Source: a virus. Taken from it: a stretch of 18,976 nt of DNA. Below the pieces are notes generated by a model. That model did not search any database. It saw only the letters and a program-made list of their open reading frames with translations, and was not told where the DNA came from. Below are positions 14,596-18,976 of the stretch, piece by piece. The stretch lies in the IMG/VR virus record IMGVR_UViG_3300028510_000022. The stretch is one strand, 5' to 3'. Each line of letters begins with the position of its first letter. Position 1 is the stretch's first letter. A program made the translations under genes and the position numbers.

Positions 14596-15687
14596 GTGGT
14601 TTTTATCGAAGAACAAGAAAAATGGTACAACCCGCAGAAAATGCTAAGCTATAACCAGTATCTAAACTTTGTTATTGGTGGGCGTGGGATTGGTAAGACC
14701 TTTGCACTAAAAAAGTATCTGCTCAAGCGCTTTATAGACAAAGGGGAACAATTTATCTATTTAAGACGTAACAAGTCAGAGCTAGATAGAATAGACAAAG
14801 ACAAGTTTTTTACTACTGAATTGTTAAAACAAGTTTTTACCAATTTTGAAGTGATTGATAGTGATGCCAGCAAGATTCACACTAAAATTATTTTCAGAGC
14901 TGACAACATGGAAGATGAAGAAAATATCCTTGTCTTGTCTTCTACTAAGATAATTTTAAATGGTAAAATAGTTTGTTATCTCAAGAGCCTTTCTACTTGG
15001 GTTGACTTGAAAGGGTCAGAGTATGACGAGGTTATGAGTATTCTATATGATGAAGTTTTAATTGATGTTACCAGTAAAAAGAGGTATCTTGATAACGAGG
15101 TGGAAGCCCTACTAAACTTTATATTCTCTGTTTTTCGTAGGCGTGACGGTTGCCATGCCTACCTACTATCAAATGCAAGTAATTTCAACAATCCCTATTT
15201 TGCCTTTCTGAAATTTTATGACGATAGCGGAAAGCGCTTCTACAACATAAAACAATATGCAACGCTTATAGAATTCCCTCCACACTCAGCTTTTCAGACT
15301 GAGGAAGAAAAAGAAAGCGGATTCTTTAAGCTCTTGAGCAAGTCAAGCATTTATGAAAGCGTTGCTAACAATGAATTTCAGATAAAGAATGACAAGAACA
15401 TAGCGAAGATTAAGGGCTTAAAATCTAGGTTATATAGCTTCTATTGTGATGGTACTTTCTTGACAGGGTACTACATTGATAACATGGTATATATTGCCAA
15501 AGGTTTTGACAAGAATTTGACCGTTTATTGTCTGGAAGTGGAACAGGTAGAAGATGGATTTGTTTACTTGAACAAGTCAAGCGCTCTAGGTAAGACTTTG
15601 AGAAGTCTTTATCTAAAAAATATGCTCATATATGAGGATTTAGAAACAAAAAACAAATTTTTAGAGGTTATCAATCATGTTATATAA
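14596..15687 (+). CDS. DNA encapsidation (packaging) ATPase, phi29 gp16-like, 363 aa
   Basis: [46 protein letters not shown] aligns with phi29 gp16 [46 protein letters not shown]. The Walker A motif is GGRGIGKT. The start codon is uncertain, as described in the findings. Confidence 0.92.
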   Translation: MVFIEEQEKWYNPQKMLSYNQYLNFVIGGRGIGKTFALKKYLLKRFIDKGEQFIYLRRNKSELDRIDKDKFFTTELLKQVFTNFEVIDSDASKIHTKIIFRADNMEDEENILVLSSTKIILNGKIVCYLKSLSTWVDLKGSEYDEVMSILYDEVLIDVTSKKRYLDNEVEALLNFIFSVFRRRDGCHAYLLSNASNFNNPYFAFLKFYDDSGKRFYNIKQYATLIEFPPHSAFQTEEEKESGFFKLLSKSSIYESVANNEFQIKNDKNIAKIKGLKSRLYSFYCDGTFLTGYYIDNMVYIAKGFDKNLTVYCLEVEQVEDGFVYLNKSSALGKTLRSLYLKNMLIYEDLETKNKFLEVINHVI

Positions 15688-16093
15688 TATTATGTTAGAC
15701 GTTGCAAAAGGTGACTATATCACTTTTCTATTTATCTTGATTCTATCTGACTTTATCACGGGTTTTCTCAAGGCTTGGAAGTGGAAAGTTACCGATAGCT
15801 GGACAGGGCTAAAGGGAGTTATTAAACACACCCTTACATTTATTTTTTACTACTTTGTAGCCGTTTTCTTGACCTACATTCACGCCATGGCAGTGGGTCA
15901 AATTCTGCTTATCATTATCAATCTATACTATGCCCTATCAATCATGGAAAATCTAGCTATAATGGGTATCTTTATTCCTAAATTTATGACAGCAAGGGTA
16001 CAAGCTGAGTTACAAAAATACACAGCGCAACTGGATTCTGGAAAGGAACTAATGGAAGCATTTAAAGGAGCAAAAGAAGATGAAAAAGAATGA
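15677..16093 (+). CDS. cph1: Holin (Cph1-like, phage_holin_4 type), 138 aa
   Basis: Hydrophobic segments are present ([59 protein letters not shown]), with a charged C-terminal tail. The gene lies immediately upstream of the lysin gene and overlaps it. GAGGT sits 8 nt before the ATG. Confidence 0.8.
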   Translation: MLYNIMLDVAKGDYITFLFILILSDFITGFLKAWKWKVTDSWTGLKGVIKHTLTFIFYYFVAVFLTYIHAMAVGQILLIIINLYYALSIMENLAIMGIFIPKFMTARVQAELQKYTAQLDSGKELMEAFKGAKEDEKE

Positions 16094-17096
16094 TTTATTT
16101 ATAGATGTTTCAAGTCACAACGGCTACGATATAACAGGTATTTTGGAAGCGATGGGAACAACTAACACCATCATTAAAATTTCAGAAAGTACAAGCTATA
16201 TCAATCCATGTTTAAGCGCTCAAATTGAACAGTCTACACCAGTTGGATTTTATCATTTTGCCTGGTTTGGTGGAGATGTAGAAGAAGCAGAAAGAGAAGC
16301 AAGATATTTCTTGGAGAATGTACCTACTCAAGTCCCTTATTTGGTGCTTGACTATGAAGACCACGCAAGCGGAGACAAAGAAGCCAATACTAATGCTTGT
16401 TTGCGCTTTATGCAGATTCTTGCTGACGCTGGATATAAACCGATTTATTATAGCTACAAGCCCTTCACGCTCAATAATATTGACTATCAGCAAATTTTGG
16501 AGCAATTCCCTAATAGTCTATGGGTTGCTGGATATGGTTTAAACGATGGAAACGCTGATTTTGAATACTTTCCAAGTATGGACGGTATCAGATGGTGGCA
16601 ATACTCAAGCAACCCATTTGACAAGAATATAGTGCTTTTAGACGATGAACCAGAGCAAGAACCAAAGACAGCTGGAACATGGAAAAAAGACAGTACGGGC
16701 TGGTGGTTCAGACGTGCAAACGGCTCTTTCCCCTATAATAAATGGGAAAAAATCGCTGATATTTGGTACTACTTTGACAGCAAGGGCTATTGCTTAACGT
16801 CTCAATGGGTGCTATATAAAAATAAATGGTATTATCTCAAGGATAATGGCGCAATGGCTACTGGTTGGGTGCTAGTAGGCTCAGAATGGTACTATATGGA
16901 CGATTCAGGCGCAATGGTTACTGGTTGGGTTAAATATAAAAACAACTGGTACTATATGACAAATGAGCGTGGAAATATGATTTCTAATGAGTTCATCAAG
17001 TCAGGCAAGGGTTGGTATTTCATGAACGCAAACGGAGAGCTTGCAGATAACCCATCATTTACAAAAGAACCAGACGGACTTATAACCGTAGCATAA
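16080..17096 (+). CDS. cpl1: Endolysin: GH25 lysozyme with six choline-binding repeats (Cpl-1-like), 338 aa
   Basis: The protein is near-collinear with the Cpl-1 sequence as I recall it ([23 protein letters not shown]..., LVLDYED catalytic acidic pair, [22 protein letters not shown]). The C-terminal GW/WYY repeats are typical of choline-binding modules. Confidence 0.95.
   Translation: MKKNDLFIDVSSHNGYDITGILEAMGTTNTIIKISESTSYINPCLSAQIEQSTPVGFYHFAWFGGDVEEAEREARYFLENVPTQVPYLVLDYEDHASGDKEANTNACLRFMQILADAGYKPIYYSYKPFTLNNIDYQQILEQFPNSLWVAGYGLNDGNADFEYFPSMDGIRWWQYSSNPFDKNIVLLDDEPEQEPKTAGTWKKDSTGWWFRRANGSFPYNKWEKIADIWYYFDSKGYCLTSQWVLYKNKWYYLKDNGAMATGWVLVGSEWYYMDDSGAMVTGWVKYKNNWYYMTNERGNMISNEFIKSGKGWYFMNANGELADNPSFTKEPDGLITVA
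16677..17060 (+). repeat. Six tandem choline-binding repeat units (about 20 aa / 60 nt periodicity) inside the lysin gene
   Basis: Protein repeats follow the pattern GWxx..WYYxxxxGxMxTGW. The DNA-level copies ggcgcaatggctactggttgggtg (16849-16872) and ggcgcaatggttactggttgggtt (16909-16932) are nearly identical. Confidence 0.85.
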
Positions 17097-17106
17097 CAGA
17101 AAAAGC

Positions 17107-17134
17107 TAGTAGATTCATTCTACTAACCTTTTTT
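17107..17134. terminator. Weak bidirectional terminator between the convergent late and right-early operons
   Basis: TAGTAGA (17107-17113), loop TTCAT, TCTACTA (17119-17125), then ACC and TTTTTT. An A-run lies upstream at 17101-17104. The stem is short and AT-rich, and it overlaps the stop of the minus-strand gene. Confidence 0.4.
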
Positions 17135-17539
17135 ATATTCTGAAATGATTTTATAAGCGTCATCATCAGGATTATCCAAAGCAAGGGAACAAAGAGCAGA
17201 TAAAACGCTATTTACTTGATTATATTTCTGTAAATAGTGGTTTTCTAGTTGCTTTTGATTGCTGATATGCTTTTCATAACCAGACAGTGAAAAAGAGTGA
17301 TGTAGGCTGATAAGTTGCTGGACTAGTCTAGCTTTTTCCAAACCGTCTGGATATGCTTTAATAAATTGTGAAAGCGCTACTAAATACCGCTCAAATGAAT
17401 GTAAAATAATTTCATCAATCGTAATTAAACCCCTTACACTTTTAGCTGATAGTGAAAGCAAGCTATCTGATAATAGTCTCAATTCTGTTTCATATTGTAA
17501 GCGCTTTTCTTGCTCTTCTAGGCGTGTATTTTCTTCCAT
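17123..17539 (-). CDS. Hypothetical right-early protein (138 aa, helical)
   Basis: AGGGGG sits 8 nt upstream of the ATG. This is the last gene of the minus-strand operon. I recognise no motifs. Confidence 0.6.
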   Translation of the reverse strand: MEENTRLEEQEKRLQYETELRLLSDSLLSLSAKSVRGLITIDEIILHSFERYLVALSQFIKAYPDGLEKARLVQQLISLHHSFSLSGYEKHISNQKQLENHYLQKYNQVNSVLSALCSLALDNPDDDAYKIISEYKKG

Positions 17540-17543
17540 GATA

Positions 17544-17786
17544 TTAACCCCCTACATTCTCTAAATAACTCACTAGGCGCAAAATAGAAGCCGTGTTGCT
17601 ATCGTTTTCTCGCTTTAGCTTGCTGATTGTTGTTTGTTGTTGCTCAATCTGTTTCTGTTGCTTAAAGATGGTATAGGTCAATAGTGAAAGCACTACTAGA
17701 AAAGCTAGAATGATAAGGTTACAAGAAGCGAACCACCAGAACCAAAAGCGCCCTTTTTTATTTAATTTGTTGTATGACTGTTTCAT
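17544..17786 (-). CDS. Small membrane protein with one N-terminal TM helix and a Gln-rich coiled coil (80 aa)
   Basis: The TM segment FWFWWFASCNLIILAFLVVLSLLTYTIF is followed by KQQKQIEQQQTTISKLKREN. Confidence 0.6.
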   Translation of the reverse strand: MKQSYNKLNKKGRFWFWWFASCNLIILAFLVVLSLLTYTIFKQQKQIEQQQTTISKLKRENDSNTASILRLVSYLENVGG

Positions 17787-17789
17787 TTG

Positions 17790-18056
17790 TTAGTACCTAA
17801 AAGTATATAATTCCCTTTCTACTGATAAATAAGTGACCCGTAATGTACCTTTGTAAGCCGTATAGCCGTCTCTTTGATGGTGTATGTCTACATCATACAA
17901 ATCATAATGAGTAGGTTCAAAGCCTTCTATATCGTCCATTATAGGCTTTAAGCGACTAATAGCATAGTCAAGAGAAATAACTGGAAAGCCGTCAAAATGA
18001 TACTGCTTGACTATCTTTCTAGCTTTTTCTATCTGTTTTAGTTGAATCTTATCTTT
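17790..18056 (-). other. Open reading frame of 88 sense codons with no canonical start for its first 39 codons, in frame with the upstream gene across a TAA
   Basis: The minus-strand translation after the TAA at 18059-18057 reads KDKIQLKQIEKARKIVKQYHFDGFPVISLDYAISRLKPIMDDIEGFEPTHYDLYDVDIHHQRDGYTAYKGTLRVTYLSVERELYTFRY, then stop. The only ATG (17939-17937) has no RBS and would give 49 aa. Confidence 0.45.
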
Positions 18057-18326
18057 TTAATAGCCTTCCCTCCCTTGTACATATCTTTCAAAAGCTGATT
18101 TTAGACAAAAATGTTTGTATTTTGAAAATTTAAGTTTTTTCACATCTTCAAATATGACAAGCGTATTTAATCGCTCATTTTTAAAATAGTTCTCATGGAC
18201 TTCTTTATAACCACGATTTCTATATAATTCTTTTTCTTCTTCTAGCTTTTCGTCTGAAAACTTATCTATACATTGAATATTAAGGGGTGTTACCCCCTCA
18301 AGAATAATTTGAAATTGTGCTATCAT
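18057..18326 (-). CDS. Hypothetical right-early protein (89 aa)
   Basis: AAGGAG sits 7 nt upstream of the ATG at 18326. Function is unknown. Confidence 0.6.
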   Translation of the reverse strand: MIAQFQIILEGVTPLNIQCIDKFSDEKLEEEKELYRNRGYKEVHENYFKNERLNTLVIFEDVKKLKFSKYKHFCLKSAFERYVQGREGY

Positions 18327-18338
18327 TTTCTAACTCCT

Positions 18339-18608
18339 TTACTCAACTTCTTCAAACCAATCTGAAATGTTTGTATATAATTCAGAAAGTGTTTTAACTC
18401 GTTCAAAATATTCAGCAAATGGAACAAACTCATTGTTTCTGTACAATTCAAGTTTGCGCTCATTTCCTAAGTCAACAATCTGACTTACATGGTCTCCGTA
18501 TATTTCAGCGCTATCTACTCCAAAGAGTAAATCAAGCGCTTGACCGTGAGTTAATTCTGCAAAAGTTTCATCATTGTGATTCACATATAAGGCTTTCATT
18601 TTTAACAT
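18339..18608 (-). CDS. Hypothetical strongly acidic right-early protein (89 aa)
   Basis: AAAGGAG sits 7 nt upstream of the ATG at 18608. This is the first gene after the consensus right-early promoter. By my count it has about 18 Asp/Glu and 7 Lys/Arg. Confidence 0.65.
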   Translation of the reverse strand: MLKMKALYVNHNDETFAELTHGQALDLLFGVDSAEIYGDHVSQIVDLGNERKLELYRNNEFVPFAEYFERVKTLSELYTNISDWFEEVE

Positions 18609-18637
18609 TGTTTTTCTCCTTTGTTTTAACTGACTTA

Positions 18638-18666
18638 ATTATATCATTTCACAAAACCCTTGTCAA
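18638..18666 (-). promoter_or_regulatory. Right early promoter (TTGACA, 17-nt spacer, TGaTATAAT, full consensus) straddling the ITR boundary
   Basis: On the minus strand, TTGACA is the complement of 18661-18666 and lies inside the ITR. The spacer is 17 nt. TATAAT is the complement of 18638-18643 and lies in unique DNA, with an extended -10 TG. Confidence 0.8.
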
Positions 18667-18731
18667 GTGTTTTGAGTAAATATTTTTAAATTATTTTTAG
18701 AAATGTTTCAACCTCATTTCTAACTATAACT

Positions 18732-18760
18732 AGTATATCATATACAGAAATAATTGTCAA
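18732..18760 (-). promoter_or_regulatory. Inward early promoter inside the right ITR (mirror of 217..245)
   Basis: Sequence identical to the left copy: TTGACA is the complement of 18755-18760 and TATACT is the complement of 18732-18737. Confidence 0.65.
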
Positions 18761-18804
18761 GAGATTTTTGAAAATATTTTTAAATTATTTTTAAAAGTTT
18801 TTTC

Positions 18805-18832
18805 TTGACATTTTTCTATATTGTGTTATAAT
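18805..18832 (+). promoter_or_regulatory. Outward-facing promoter inside the right ITR (mirror of 145..172)
   Basis: TTGACA lies at 18805-18810, the spacer is 16 nt, and TGtTATAAT has TATAAT at 18827-18832. It points toward the right terminus. Confidence 0.55.
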
Positions 18833-18976
18833 AGATATAGAAATAAAGGAAAGGATTTTTAGAGATGATAAGTTAGTGATTTTAGTTTTGAAAATAATTG
18901 AAAATGAAATTTCTCTTTCATTTCATTTTGAAATTTCCATTGGGGGAATTTTTCAAAAAGGGGTGGGGGAGTACAT

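Larger units (their letters stand above)
18658..18976. repeat. Right inverted terminal repeat (319 bp)
   Basis: Mirror copy of 1..319, compared base by base by eye. Confidence 0.93.

Noticed and set aside
16212-16542. ORFs 16212-16505 (minus) and 16318-16542 (plus) inside the lysin gene
   Set aside because: They lie within the GH25 catalytic module of a clearly identified endolysin, in alternative frames without RBS.
18419-18679. 86-aa plus-strand ORF at the right end
   Set aside because: It is antisense to the RBS-supported acidic early gene and would run through the consensus right-early promoter. It has no RBS.
18904-18976. Open frame (MKFLFHFILKFPLGEFFKKGWGST...) running off the genome end within the outward ITR transcript
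   Set aside because: It has no Shine-Dalgarno sequence and no stop codon before the physical end. The Phe/Lys-rich translation of AT-rich DNA makes a non-coding RNA or an origin function more plausible.
1-18976. Prophage/integrative element, CRISPR array, tRNA genes or a defence island
   Set aside because: I recognise no integrase, recombinase or repressor module, no att-like direct repeats, no regularly spaced short repeats, and no cloverleaf-like segments. The perfect ITRs at the exact window ends, together with the terminal protein/polymerase pair, indicate a free linear lytic phage genome.

Overview
The window reads as a complete, or nearly complete, linear genome (18,976 bp) of a small phi29-like, Cp-1-like podophage that replicates by protein priming. 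Its host is probably a streptococcus with choline in its cell wall (pneumococcus/mitis group). The evidence for a complete genome is a pair of perfect 319-bp inverted terminal repeats that sit exactly at both window ends. Layout: (1) A left early operon on the + strand (329-4243) contains two small orphan genes, a terminal protein, a family-B protein-primed DNA polymerase with all exonuclease and polymerase motifs, and two unknown early genes. (2) A roughly 148-nt minus-strand transcription unit (about 4390 down to 4243) has its own consensus promoter and intrinsic terminator, and I interpret it as a pRNA-like packaging RNA. (3) A long late operon on the + strand (4466-17096) encodes a scaffold, major capsid, portal, a Prp-like maturation protease, fibre/appendage proteins, a phi29 gp9-type tail knob, the packaging ATPase, a holin and a Cpl-1-like GH25 lysozyme with six choline-binding repeats. 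(4) A right early operon on the minus strand (18608-17123) encodes small orphan proteins. The most interesting observations follow. The gp9-type tail knob is split into two ORFs that lie in the same reading frame, separated only by one TAG codon and one sense codon, and a lysozyme-like domain and a CHAP domain are inserted exactly at the split. The pRNA candidate carries a complementary bulge/loop pair (GGUUA/UAACC). Overlapping divergent promoters sit inside a 13-bp palindrome at the early/late boundary. The ITRs carry divergent promoters, one of which fires outward toward the genome terminus. A second in-frame stop (TAA) interrupts what looks like one gene in the right early operon. All homology statements come from my own recall of phi29 and Cp-1 protein sequences and motifs, not from a database search.
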